A stretch of 64,000 bases of DNA from an uncultured Spirochaetota bacterium (GTDB lineage Bacteria > Spirochaetota > Brevinematia > Brevinematales > JAOACQ01), in assembly GCA_963768055.1 (NCBI GenBank), contig CAVYGN010000002.1, positions 1,088,001 to 1,152,000 of the forward strand, written 5' to 3'. The notes under the pieces are model-generated. The model was not told where the DNA came from and searched no databases. It saw only the letters and a list, made by a program, of their open reading frames with translations. Shown piece by piece: positions 19,820 through 31,025 of this stretch; the stretch's first letter is position 1, and every line of letters begins with the position of its first letter. The translations under genes and the position numbers were made by a program.

Positions 19820-19865
19820 ATTTTTACTCCGATATAAGTATATACTGCTGACGTACAATTTTCAA

Positions 19866-21809
19866 TCATTCGATCCTGATATCCGGCTTGTTGAAAGTCC
19901 CAGCGGTCCTGACTTTGAAATAAACCTTGCCCTCTTCTTCATGTCCGGCGTTTAGTACCTTCTTAACAATTTCGGGATCCGGAAGATTCTCCAGGTAGCT
20001 ATCCAGGATTGTAATATTGCCGTCGATGTCCATCGTATTATTACTAAAGGATACAGTCCCCCTGGCAGAGGCGGTTATATCTTTACTGTCGAAACTTGTT
20101 TCATCCAGGTTAAGTTTAAGGGCTTCCAGTCTTCCCCTGGCTTTTATCATGTCGAAAAAGATGTCGTTCAAAGGCATATCGTAAAGTGTCTGGGCAATCT
20201 TTTCCTGAAGGAAAAAATCCTTTACTTCTCCATTAATTATGCTTGTTTCAAATGTGAAAGAGAAGAGACTTATATCCTTAAGCGGAATATCGAATACTCC
20301 CTTAAAGGAAATACTGCCGTAGAGCCTCTTTCCCCCTTCCAGGAACAGGTTTGAAAATTCTTTGAGCCTGCCGTTGTTAAATACAGCTTCTCCTGTTATG
20401 GAATCCCGTGAAATTTTGAAACTTGAAATCAAATTACCGCGGAATAATAATGCCTTTAATTCTTTTACAATTATTAGATCAGGACCGGCTTCACCCAGGA
20501 TATGTACAAGAGAGAAGGATAGTTTCTTATATACAATATTTTTTACACTCAAATCAAGGCTGACGGGAAATATTTTGAAGATAGAGCTTCCCCCTTGCTC
20601 CGGGATGGTCCGGTTTGTATTAACAACTGTAAACCCTTCCAGAATCTTTTCGATGTCTATTTCATCGCTTTGGGTCTGGACAGACAGACCCCGGGAAAAT
20701 ATATCGCCGCTTTCTATATGGACTGAGGCGCTGCCGGCAGGTGTTAAAGCGATCATATCCGCATTAAAGGTATTGTTTACAAGTTTTAAAATCCCGCCGG
20801 AAATTTTGATAAAGAGATATTTAAAATCGGAAAGAGTAAGATTAGCGCTTAAGGCCAATCCGTTTTGAGAAATTAATGAGAAATCCCCGCTTAAATGCCC
20901 TTTAACCCCGTTTATGAAATCACCGATCTCTATACTCGAAGACCGGGCGGAGATAACGAGTTTGTGATCGGGGATCGAGTAGGAAAGATTTGAAATATCG
21001 GCGTAACTATCGGCTATATTTACAGATATACCGTTTAAAGCTATTGTCAGTGCCTTAAGATCAAAATATAGTTTGAACTCATTGCCTGATTTGAAAAATA
21101 AGTTGTTATAATATATCTTCAGGTCCCTGCAATTGCATGAGAAGTAATTGTTTTTATCCCTGACTAATGAAGTTTCCAGGTTTTCGATTTTAAGGGAAGT
21201 AACTGTATTAAAAATCGCGCCAATATCGGCCCGGGTTATTTTGAGATTGCCCTTGCTTGTATTACCCCAGTATTTCAGGCTGCCGGCAGGAGATTTGATA
21301 GTTAAGCTTACAGGTATATAATTGACGGGCCTATCGGGCGAAAGGCTAATGAAAACATGACAGGGAATATTGTTGTAAATTATAGTTGAATCGGATATCT
21401 CTATCCTATGAATGATTATGCTTAAATTACCCGCACCTGCTGAGGTTTTTGAAAATTTTTCGTATAGTTTTCTTATCATTTCAACGGAAGTATCAAGCCC
21501 GTTTAATTTAATATCGATGATCTCCAATTTTTTGTAGAAAAGAGCGAAAGGATTATATAAAAGACTGCCCTTGCGGAAATGAATAGAACCGGATGAACTT
21601 TCCAGTGTGACGCCGTAGAGCTCTATCCCGCTAAGAAGGTTAAAACCTACATTATCGGCTTTAATATTAAGCGAATATGATTCCTGCAATTTATTGGAGA
21701 CAGCATCCAGAATAATTTTAGGATTTGAAGTATAATACCAGAAAAGGAATCCGACGGCTATTAAAATAAAGATAAATACCGACGCCAGTATCCATTTAAA
21801 AACTTTCAT
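19866..21809 (-). CDS. AsmA-like protein
   Basis: N-terminal TM anchor, long beta-rich body, C-terminal AsmA-like GTFNKP. Confidence 0.6.
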   Translation of the reverse strand: MKVFKWILASVFIFILIAVGFLFWYYTSNPKIILDAVSNKLQESYSLNIKADNVGFNLLSGIELYGVTLESSSGSIHFRKGSLLYNPFALFYKKLEIIDIKLNGLDTSVEMIRKLYEKFSKTSAGAGNLSIIIHRIEISDSTIIYNNIPCHVFISLSPDRPVNYIPVSLTIKSPAGSLKYWGNTSKGNLKITRADIGAIFNTVTSLKIENLETSLVRDKNNYFSCNCRDLKIYYNNLFFKSGNEFKLYFDLKALTIALNGISVNIADSYADISNLSYSIPDHKLVISARSSSIEIGDFINGVKGHLSGDFSLISQNGLALSANLTLSDFKYLFIKISGGILKLVNNTFNADMIALTPAGSASVHIESGDIFSRGLSVQTQSDEIDIEKILEGFTVVNTNRTIPEQGGSSIFKIFPVSLDLSVKNIVYKKLSFSLVHILGEAGPDLIIVKELKALLFRGNLISSFKISRDSITGEAVFNNGRLKEFSNLFLEGGKRLYGSISFKGVFDIPLKDISLFSFTFETSIINGEVKDFFLQEKIAQTLYDMPLNDIFFDMIKARGRLEALKLNLDETSFDSKDITASARGTVSFSNNTMDIDGNITILDSYLENLPDPEIVKKVLNAGHEEEGKVYFKVRTAGTFNKPDIRIE

Positions 21810-21826
21810 TCAGTGAGCCGGTTCTC

Positions 21827-22012
21827 TCATATATTTTTCAAATAACGTCGTATATTGAATTTGAACCATGTATCATAATACCTGGTTATCCATTCTACGG
21901 ATGCCCTGTGCAGGCCGATGTCCCTCCCTTCTTTTTCGCTTTCAAGCCACTTGTACTCCAGAATCTCATGTACTACATCATGAACTTCTGCTCTAAGATC
22001 AAAATATTGCAT
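21827..22012 (-). CDS. Small protein, DUF4032-like
   Basis: EILEYKWLESEKEGRDIG...W motif; SD GGAGG upstream. Confidence 0.65.
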   Translation of the reverse strand: MQYFDLRAEVHDVVHEILEYKWLESEKEGRDIGLHRASVEWITRYYDTWFKFNIRRYLKNI

Positions 22013-22122
22013 GAAAAGTATAAAAACCTCCCAAGGTTATTAAAAGCGCCCTAATTATTTTATCATAAATTTTAATAAAATCAAGACCTACGCATTTTGC
22101 CTGAAGCCGGCCTATTGCCTGT

Positions 22123-22881
22123 TTATTTTTGAAATTTCACTATCCTGGAAAAAGAGTCGGCTTTAAGGCTGGCTCCGCCTACTAGCGCCCCGTCGATGTT
22201 CTCTTTCGCCATCAGGGAATCTATATTTTCGGCTTTGACCGATCCGCCGTACTGGATTCTCATCCTGCCTGAGAATTCTATTTCATAAAGTCCTGTTAAA
22301 ACTTTCCTTATATAAGCATGAACTTTATCTGCGTCCTCAGGAGTGGCTGTTTTCCCGGTTCCTATGGCCCAAACCGGCTCGTAAGCGATAGTTACTTTCA
22401 GTGCCGTTTCTTTATCGATGTTTTTAAAGCCTTCCAAGACTTGTGTTTTAACTACTTCCTCTGTTTTCCCTTTTTCCCTTTCTTCAAGCAGTTCGCCGAC
22501 GCATAATATGGGTAATAGTCCGGTGGAAAGAGCCGATATCATTTTTTTATTGATAAGTTCGTCTTTTTCGCCGAATACATGACGGCGTTCCGAATGCCCG
22601 AGTATTACATATAAAGCTCCCGAGTCAACAAGCTGGAGTGGCGATATCTCTCCTGTAAAAGCTCCCTCTTTTTCAAAATACATGTTCTGAGCCCCGATTT
22701 TTATATTGGTTTCCTTTAAAGCCTGAGAAAGAGGCCGGATTAAAGTGAAGGGAGGGCATATTAGAATGTCCCTATCCTCCACACAGGATACCATCTTCCT
22801 GAAATCGTCAGAAAATTTAAGTGCCTCATCGATTGCCTTATACATTTTCCAGTTTCCGGCGATAAACGGTTTTCGCGACAT
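22123..22881 (-). CDS. tpiA: Triosephosphate isomerase
   Basis: AGNWKM, GHSERR, AYEPVWAIGTG, YGGSV, LVGGASL. Confidence 0.98.
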   Translation of the reverse strand: MSRKPFIAGNWKMYKAIDEALKFSDDFRKMVSCVEDRDILICPPFTLIRPLSQALKETNIKIGAQNMYFEKEGAFTGEISPLQLVDSGALYVILGHSERRHVFGEKDELINKKMISALSTGLLPILCVGELLEEREKGKTEEVVKTQVLEGFKNIDKETALKVTIAYEPVWAIGTGKTATPEDADKVHAYIRKVLTGLYEIEFSGRMRIQYGGSVKAENIDSLMAKENIDGALVGGASLKADSFSRIVKFQK

Positions 22882-22907
22882 TTTTATCTCCTTTAAAAAT
22901 TAGTAGA

Positions 22908-24176
22908 TTATTTATCGAGTAACGCTGCAACTCCAGGCAGCACCTTGCCCTCTACAAGTTCAAGCGAAGCCCCGCCGCCTGTAGATATATGGGACATTTT
23001 ATCGGCGACACCCGCTTTATTGACGGCGGATACGGAATCTCCTCCGCCAATTACGGTTACACAATCCGGTAATTTTGAGAGAGTTTCCGCTATCGACATA
23101 GTTCCTTTTGAAAATTTTGGAAATTCAAAAACGCCGAGAGGGCCGTTCCAGAAAACGGTTTTGGCCCCTTTAAGCGCCCCCTGGAATTTTTCGATAGTCA
23201 GAGGGCCTATGTCCATACCCATCCAGCCTTCATCTATATTACCCCTGGCTACATGTTTGAATTCTGCTTCAGGGGAAAATTCCTTTGTTACTATATGATC
23301 GATAGGGAGGTATATATATACATGCGTTTCGTAGGCTTTTTGAAGAATATCCCGGGCCTTTTCAATCATATCTTCTTCTATAAGGGATGTCCCGACCGAC
23401 AGCCCTTTGGCCTTTAAAAAAGTATAAGCCATTCCCCCGCCCACAATAAGTTTATCGACCTTTTCTAAAAGGCTTTCGAGGACGCTTATTTTCGAAGAAA
23501 CCTTCGCGCCGCCTATAATGGCTATAAAAGGTTTGGCAGGGTTCTTTACTACTTTCTCATCAAGATATTCAAGCTCTTTTTCCATTAAAAATCCGGCTAC
23601 CGCGGGCAGAAAATGCGCTATAGTTTCAGTCGAAGCATGGGCCCTGTGGGCAGTTCCAAACGCGTCGTTTACGAAAATATCGCCGTAACGGGCAAGCTCT
23701 TTCGCCATTTTTTCCCTTTCGGCCTCGTCCTTAGATGTCTCCTCCTTATGAAAACGGGTATTTTCAAGCATCAGTACTTCGCCCTGAGAAAGTGAGTCCG
23801 CTAATACTTTTGTCTGGTCGCCTATAGCGTCCGGGGCAAATTTCACCTCTTTCCCCAGGAGTTTGGCGAAATGGTCGGAGACAGGCTTCATCATATGTTT
23901 GCCGGCAAGGTACTTTTTCTCATCGAACTGTTTGCCGTCCTTTAAAGCCTTTTCCCTGGCTTTTTCCATGTCTTTCTTGGGATCTCCAAGGTGCGACATT
24001 ATTACCAGGCTTTTTACGTCTTGAGATAGAATATATTTTATAGTAGGCAGGGCGGCTTTTATGCGGGTATCGTCCTGGACTATTCCGTCTTTCATCGGAA
24101 CGTTAAAATCAACTCTCATAATAATCCGCTTGCCTTTTAGATCGATATCCTTCACTGTCTTTTTCGATATGCCCAT
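22908..24176 (-). CDS. pgk: Phosphoglycerate kinase
   Basis: RVDFNVP, DAFGTAHR, GGAKVS, HISTGGGASLE; start re-placed at MGISKK. Confidence 0.98.
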   Translation of the reverse strand: MGISKKTVKDIDLKGKRIIMRVDFNVPMKDGIVQDDTRIKAALPTIKYILSQDVKSLVIMSHLGDPKKDMEKAREKALKDGKQFDEKKYLAGKHMMKPVSDHFAKLLGKEVKFAPDAIGDQTKVLADSLSQGEVLMLENTRFHKEETSKDEAEREKMAKELARYGDIFVNDAFGTAHRAHASTETIAHFLPAVAGFLMEKELEYLDEKVVKNPAKPFIAIIGGAKVSSKISVLESLLEKVDKLIVGGGMAYTFLKAKGLSVGTSLIEEDMIEKARDILQKAYETHVYIYLPIDHIVTKEFSPEAEFKHVARGNIDEGWMGMDIGPLTIEKFQGALKGAKTVFWNGPLGVFEFPKFSKGTMSIAETLSKLPDCVTVIGGGDSVSAVNKAGVADKMSHISTGGGASLELVEGKVLPGVAALLDK

Positions 24177-24200
24177 TAGAAGCCTCCTTTTTTCGATAAT

Positions 24201-24235
24201 AAAAACAAAAGGGAACGGGGACATACCCCGTTCCC
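24201..24235 (-). terminator. Intrinsic terminator-like hairpin between gap and pgk
   Basis: Perfect 10-bp stem GGGAACGGGG/CCCCGTTCCC, 5-nt loop, followed by TTTTGTTTTT on the minus strand. Confidence 0.75.
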
Positions 24236-24243
24236 GGTTAAGT

Positions 24244-25323
<1,080 letters not shown>

Positions 25324-25366
25324 TTATTATATTCACTTATTATTTTAATGGATATTTTGCATAATA

Positions 25367-26755
25367 TCAAATCCGTCCATAATTATCCTCAAGTCTTTCA
25401 ATATCATCTTCGCCTACATAATCCCCGCTCTGAACTTCGATTATTTCAAGCAGGATATCTCCCGGATTCGACAGCCTGTGGAGAGTGTAGATCGGGACAA
25501 ACGCGCTTTCATTTTCTTTAATAATATAATCCCTGTCGGCTATCCTGACGCCGGCCGAACCTTTTACTACGATCCAGTGTTCGCTTCTATGTTTATGGCG
25601 CTGGAGGGAGAGGCTTGCACCCTTTTGAACGGAGATCCTTTTAATCTTATAGTGTTCAGCTTCTTCAAGGACCGTATAACTTCCCCAGGGCCGGTAAGTC
25701 GTAACATGTTCGTTCACCTCTTTCCTGCATAAACCCTTCAGGCGCGCAACCATATCTTTTACAAGCTGGGTCTTGCTTCTGTCGCTGACAAGTATAGCAT
25801 CGGGAGTTTCAATGACTGCAAGGTTTGATACGCCTATAAGGGCAGTCAGTTTATTATCGCTTAATACAAGGCTGTTCTTTACATCTATAAGTTCGACATC
25901 CCCTTCCACTGCGTTATTGTCTCTGTCTTTAGGAAGGACCTCGTAAACCGAGTTCCAGGAGCCGATATCGTTCCACTCAACCGGCATTCGGGAGCAGAAA
26001 ATGTCCGACGATTTTTCCATAACCGCGTAGTCAATGGAAATCGATTCAATATCTTTATAATTCTTCATCATGCTTTCCATACTGATATCCTTTATACAGC
26101 GGTAAAGTCCCGGAGCATACCTTTCAAATGATCTAAGCATGACCCCTATTGAAAACATGAACATACCCGAATTCCAGAGATAATTTCCCGATGAGAGATA
26201 TCTTTTCGCGGTTTCTTCATCAGGTTTTTCAACGAAACTTCCCACCCTGCTGATTCCATTGCCGGAGTCGGCTCCCAGTTCGATATATCCGTAGCCGCAT
26301 TCCGGACTTGTAGGCGTGATTCCGAAAACGACTATATAGTCGGAGGCAAACCGGGCGGCATTTTTCACGGTTTCAGAGAAATCCTTTTCGGGCCGGATTA
26401 TATGATCTGAGGGGGAAAAAAAGAGTATTTCGTTTTCATTGCAGCCTTTAATTTCAATAAAGTATTTAATGCAAAGTGCAATTGCGGGTGCGGTATTTCT
26501 TCCGGCGGGCTCTATAATGAGGTTTTCGAAGCCCGGGCCGAATACTTCCAATAGCTGGCCCTTTACTGTAAGTTTATATTCATCCCCGGCAACAGCGTAT
26601 ATGTCATCAGGATTTCCTACTGAAAGCAGGCGCCTGGCTGTAGACTGAAGGAAACTGTCCCCATGAAAAATGGACAGGAACTGCTTGGGATGGTTTTTCC
26701 TGGAAAGAGGCCAGAGCCTTGTTCCTGAACCCCCCGCCATAATTATTGATTTCAT
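25367..26755 (-). CDS. manC: Mannose-1-phosphate guanylyltransferase / mannose-6-phosphate isomerase
   Basis: AGGSGTRLWPLSR, EPAGRNTAPA, SIDYAVME, C-terminal cupin RPWG...SLQRH. Confidence 0.95.
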   Translation of the reverse strand: MKSIIMAGGSGTRLWPLSRKNHPKQFLSIFHGDSFLQSTARRLLSVGNPDDIYAVAGDEYKLTVKGQLLEVFGPGFENLIIEPAGRNTAPAIALCIKYFIEIKGCNENEILFFSPSDHIIRPEKDFSETVKNAARFASDYIVVFGITPTSPECGYGYIELGADSGNGISRVGSFVEKPDEETAKRYLSSGNYLWNSGMFMFSIGVMLRSFERYAPGLYRCIKDISMESMMKNYKDIESISIDYAVMEKSSDIFCSRMPVEWNDIGSWNSVYEVLPKDRDNNAVEGDVELIDVKNSLVLSDNKLTALIGVSNLAVIETPDAILVSDRSKTQLVKDMVARLKGLCRKEVNEHVTTYRPWGSYTVLEEAEHYKIKRISVQKGASLSLQRHKHRSEHWIVVKGSAGVRIADRDYIIKENESAFVPIYTLHRLSNPGDILLEIIEVQSGDYVGEDDIERLEDNYGRI

Positions 26756-26820
26756 TTAAACCTCTTATGTTTTGAATTAAACATTATATCGCAATATATT
26801 AACAAAAATAGTGGATTTTA

Positions 26821-28515
26821 TCAATTAAGGGCCCTGCTTAAAATCAGTTTACCCGGCCTGTCTATCATTTCCAGATTAGATGATCCCGGACTTACCATTG
26901 GAAGAGCGTAAGTATTCTCTGAAACAGGAACATTTATAAAGATTGGAAAAGGGGATTCCAGGGCAGCAGCTAATATTTTCATTGGATTTCCTGCTGCGTA
27001 CAGGTCTATGCTTTTTATACCGAAGCCCTCTCCTATAGCAATAAAGTCAGGATTTTTCACAAATTTTGAAGCAATAAAGTGTTTTTCATAAAAAAGGTCC
27101 TGCTGCTGCCTGACAAGCCCGAGGTTCCCGTTATTCAACAGTATTATAGTAATATTAAGGCCGCATTCCGATAATGTCGCGAGTTCCTGTATGTTCATCA
27201 ATATTGAACCGTCACCGGTAAAACAAACTACTTTTTTATCGGGATTTGACAAAGCTGCGCCGATAGCTGCCGGCAGTCCGAAACCCATTGTCCCCAATCC
27301 GCCGGATGTGAGAAAGGTCCGCGGTCTTTTAAATGGGTACCACTGTGCAACCCACATCTGGTGCTGGCCGACATCTGTAGTTATTATTGCAGTATCGGGG
27401 ACTAAGGATCCTGTTTCTCTGATAATATTCTCGGGATGAAATATGTCGTTTTCATGATGCCCCCTATCAGGATATTCCTGCTTTAAGAAAATTAATTCCT
27501 CGTTCCAGACGGTCCTGTCATCGGCAGGAACAAGGGGTAAAATCCCGGACAGTATAGATTTTATATCTCCGTTGATCGTGCAATCGGCTTTTTTATTTTT
27601 ATCGATTTCAGAATCATCTATATCGATATGAATAATTTCTGCCCGGCGGCAGAACTGTGAAACTTTACCTGTGGCACGGTCATTAAACCTTGTTCCGCAT
27701 GCTATAATTAGATCGGCCCTCTCTGTAGAGTTGTTCGCGGTTTTAGAGCCATGCATGCCTATCATGCCTATGAATAATTCATCGCCGCCGGGGTATGCCC
27801 CCAATCCCATCAATGTTGTCACAATTGGTATGGAGTTCTTATGTGCCAGTTCTTTTAATAATCCTCCTGCCCCGGAGTGGATAACACCGCCCCCAATAAG
27901 GAATAGCGGCCTTTCAGATTTTCTGATCATTAAGGCGGCTTTTTCAATTGAGTTTTTATCAAATTTAAGATCGGGTATTTGCGGTGTTTCGGTTATTTTG
28001 TCATCCCATTCAACCTCTTCAGTCTGTATGTCTTTGGGAACGTCTATCAGGACGGGCCCAGGCCTTCCGGATGAAGCGATCCTGAATGCTTCGACTATGA
28101 CCTCAGGAAGGTCTTTTGCCGACCTTACAAGGAAATTGTGTTTTGTAATAGGGGTCGATAGCCCGTATGCATCGACCTCCTGAAAAGCGTCAGTTCCAAT
28201 TAAATTCAAAGGGACTTGCCCCGTAATCGCGATAAGGGGAACAGAATCCATTTTGGCGTCGGCGATCGCGGTAAGAAGATTCGTAACCCCGGGGCCGGAT
28301 GTGGCAAAGCATACGGCTGTTTTCCCGGTTGAGCGGGCCATCCCATGAGCGATAAAACCGGCGGCCTGTTCATGTCTGGCAAGGATATGTCTTATACTGC
28401 TCCTGTATAAAGCATCATACAATGGCAGATTCGAACCTCCGGGAATACCGGAAATAATCCGGATCCCGAGCTTTTCGAGGATCCTGATAATAATGTCAGC
28501 GCCTCTTGATTTCAT
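26821..28515 (-). CDS. ilvB: Acetolactate synthase large subunit
   Basis: RHEQAA, TSGPG, TDAFQE, DVGQHQMW, SGGLGTMGFG, GDGS. Confidence 0.95.
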   Translation of the reverse strand: MKSRGADIIIRILEKLGIRIISGIPGGSNLPLYDALYRSSIRHILARHEQAAGFIAHGMARSTGKTAVCFATSGPGVTNLLTAIADAKMDSVPLIAITGQVPLNLIGTDAFQEVDAYGLSTPITKHNFLVRSAKDLPEVIVEAFRIASSGRPGPVLIDVPKDIQTEEVEWDDKITETPQIPDLKFDKNSIEKAALMIRKSERPLFLIGGGVIHSGAGGLLKELAHKNSIPIVTTLMGLGAYPGGDELFIGMIGMHGSKTANNSTERADLIIACGTRFNDRATGKVSQFCRRAEIIHIDIDDSEIDKNKKADCTINGDIKSILSGILPLVPADDRTVWNEELIFLKQEYPDRGHHENDIFHPENIIRETGSLVPDTAIITTDVGQHQMWVAQWYPFKRPRTFLTSGGLGTMGFGLPAAIGAALSNPDKKVVCFTGDGSILMNIQELATLSECGLNITIILLNNGNLGLVRQQQDLFYEKHFIASKFVKNPDFIAIGEGFGIKSIDLYAAGNPMKILAAALESPFPIFINVPVSENTYALPMVSPGSSNLEMIDRPGKLILSRALN

Positions 28516-28536
28516 ATTGGTCTCCTTTTAACGGTT

Positions 28537-28576
28537 AAAAATAAAAACCCCCTCCGTTGACCGGCCGGAGGGGGTT
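28537..28576 (-). terminator. Second (ilvB-proximal) terminator hairpin
   Basis: AACCCCCTCCG-loop-CGGAGGGGGTT followed by TTTATTTTT. Confidence 0.8.
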
Positions 28577-28615
28577 AAAAATAAAAAACCCCTGCCGGCT
28601 TACAGCCGGCAGGGG
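28577..28615 (-). terminator. Attenuator terminator hairpin
   Basis: CCCCTGCCGGCT-GTA-AGCCGGCAGGGG followed by TTTTTTATTTTT. Confidence 0.85.
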
Positions 28616-28634
28616 CATTATAAATTAATACATG

Positions 28635-28721
28635 TCAGCCCCGCGGACAAAGCCTATCGACAGAATTAAGCAATACTACTACAGCAAGAAGAAGATTGGA
28701 GAATAAAATCCCGGGTTTCAT
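28635..28721 (-). promoter_or_regulatory. ilv leader peptide MKPGILFSNLLLAVVVLLNSVDRLCPRG (branched-chain amino acid attenuator)
   Basis: SD GGGAGG; run of Leu/Val codons; GGGGC at its 3' end can pair with GCCCC of the terminator stem. Confidence 0.85.
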
Positions 28722-29006
28722 AGGTCCTCCCTGATAATCATTTATGGGCCCTTCTAATAACCGCCTTTTCACGCCAAGCAAGTCGGCACAAGGGCGGCAA
28801 GGTAGCCCCCTTACGGGGACAAGTGCGCCATAGGGCGGTTTCATTACGATTTAAACATTATTTATTAATAACATAGTTAGTTATTGGAACCGCCCTTATA
28901 TTAATTCAAAATAATATTATTGTCAAAAAACATTAAAGTTTATAAGTAAAACGCCGGCGGCATCCTGATCGTAGAGTACGCCGCTGTTAATTCTGATTTC
29001 ATTTCT

Positions 29007-30896
29007 TTAGACTGTGAAATTATTTACGGTTGAAATCAGATCGTTGGCCTTTTCAATAGTGTCCTCCAGATGCCGGGATATTCCCTCGATTGAAGCCGCA
29101 AATCCGTTAATTTTGTCTATCTCATCCTGCATGCAGAGATTAATATCTACCGATATTTTGCCGAGGTCCTGTATGAACCCGCTCGAATCAAGCGCCTTTA
29201 CGGATTCCTTCTGGATTTCCTCATTAAGGACGGCGATCCCGCTTTGATAGGCGAGGGCTTTTGTCCTGATCTCGTTGTTGGCCGAACTTTCCTTCTTCAG
29301 AGTTATATCAATTTGTTCATAAAAATCCTGGATACCCGTAAAGTTTTTCAAGACTGCTTCCAGATCCTTTGTAGCGTTCAATGCGTTTTCATTGCTTTTT
29401 TCAGTCGTTATCTTCAAGTTCTTCAAGAGATCGTTTGTGTTCCTGACATTATCCCTGGTTGTTTCCGATAATTTTTTTATTTCCCTGGCGACTACAGCAA
29501 AACCCTTGCCGTACTGGCCCGCATGGCTGGCTTCGATGGACGCGTTCATCGCGAGTATATTTATCTGGTTTGCCGTGCCTTCTATCATATAAGATATATT
29601 GTAAATCTGGTTCGATCCTTCCAGGATCCTGTCAACCTCTTCCATAATTGAGTTTGCCTTTGACTTGGATTCTTCAATAGACTTTTCGAGCGATTTTATA
29701 ATCTCAAGGAAATCGCTCGATTTTTTGTTAAGGTTCTTTATGTTTACATTACTGGAATCGATCTGCGTCAGGAGTTCGTTTATATTGTTCCTGAAATCGC
29801 TTGATTTGCTTGAGATCTTCTTTATTTGTGTGGAAATGCCTGTCATTGTTTCCACGGCCTTGAGGGCGTATGAGTTCTGATTGTCGCTCTTGTTTTTTAC
29901 ATCCAGGGAAGACTTGCTCCTTTCAATTATACTTTCCTGAGCGCTGCCGATCAAGCCCCTCACAGTATCCATACTTTGAATGGTGACCACTGCGTTGTCC
30001 TTTACTTTCATTATGATCCGCCTGATGTTTTTATTGGATTCGTTTATGAGGTGGCTTAGATAGGCGAATTCGTCAGAAAGGTCCGTAGGTATGATCTGTG
30101 TAAGGTCTCCGGAATGAGAAGAGAGCATTACAAGGGACGATTCAAGCTCGCTCATCGGTTTTTTTGTCGTATAGTATATTAAATATATACCGGCGAATAG
30201 GGTAAGGGTATTGACGGTTAATGCGCCGATGAATTTCGGGAGAAGGTCTTTATAACTGGTGTTATTAAATGAGGCGTCAAAAAGCGTAAACAAAAGAGAA
30301 AAGCTTGTAAACAGGATCGGAAGAATAATGAACATGAGAACTTTTCTGGAGTATCCGATACCGAAATATTTCTTTTCTTTTATTATAGATTTATCGATGT
30401 TTTCAGAGGCTACTATATCCTGGGCAAGGGTTTTTATAAGATTTTGAATGATGATGTAGGCTATGATCCCGGCAATATAGGCGCCGTAAAATGAAAGGAA
30501 AAGACAGATAAGGCACTGGATTATATGCATGTTTGCAAATATATAAAGATAAATTGCGGCTATTACCGCTCCGCAAGACACGCGGGTAAAGATCAACATT
30601 CCATGCCGGTATGGCAGTTTTACAAGGCTGTAAAAGAATTGGGTGTTTTCCTCCCTGCTCAATCCTTTCATTCCGATCCATTTTCTTATCTTCCTGACAA
30701 GGAAAAAATTAGTCGGAAGGGCAATCAGGATTACTACCACAAATGTAAGTAATGCAATGAACTGAATTACCCCGGATAGTTTTTCCTGCGGAAACGAAGC
30801 AAGCAGTATTGCATATGCGGTTGCGACAGGTACGCCTATGGCGAATCCTGCCAATTCCGATGAAAAAAAACGGATGAGAAAATGTTTCCTATCCAT
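29007..30896 (-). CDS. Methyl-accepting chemotaxis protein with multi-TM sensor
   Basis: QINILAMNASIEASHAGQYGKGFAVVAREIKKLS; HAMP-like segment GDLT...DE. Confidence 0.92.
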   Translation of the reverse strand: MDRKHFLIRFFSSELAGFAIGVPVATAYAILLASFPQEKLSGVIQFIALLTFVVVILIALPTNFFLVRKIRKWIGMKGLSREENTQFFYSLVKLPYRHGMLIFTRVSCGAVIAAIYLYIFANMHIIQCLICLFLSFYGAYIAGIIAYIIIQNLIKTLAQDIVASENIDKSIIKEKKYFGIGYSRKVLMFIILPILFTSFSLLFTLFDASFNNTSYKDLLPKFIGALTVNTLTLFAGIYLIYYTTKKPMSELESSLVMLSSHSGDLTQIIPTDLSDEFAYLSHLINESNKNIRRIIMKVKDNAVVTIQSMDTVRGLIGSAQESIIERSKSSLDVKNKSDNQNSYALKAVETMTGISTQIKKISSKSSDFRNNINELLTQIDSSNVNIKNLNKKSSDFLEIIKSLEKSIEESKSKANSIMEEVDRILEGSNQIYNISYMIEGTANQINILAMNASIEASHAGQYGKGFAVVAREIKKLSETTRDNVRNTNDLLKNLKITTEKSNENALNATKDLEAVLKNFTGIQDFYEQIDITLKKESSANNEIRTKALAYQSGIAVLNEEIQKESVKALDSSGFIQDLGKISVDINLCMQDEIDKINGFAASIEGISRHLEDTIEKANDLISTVNNFTV

Positions 30897-31025
30897 TATA
30901 AGCCCCCCGATCATACCCCGGATGAAAAAATACTCGAATTATACAGGGTTTATTATAAAAATCACCGGCGGTTAATTCCAGTATAAAGCAAAATATTTTT
31001 TGATAGGGGGGCTAAGAGGCGCCCT

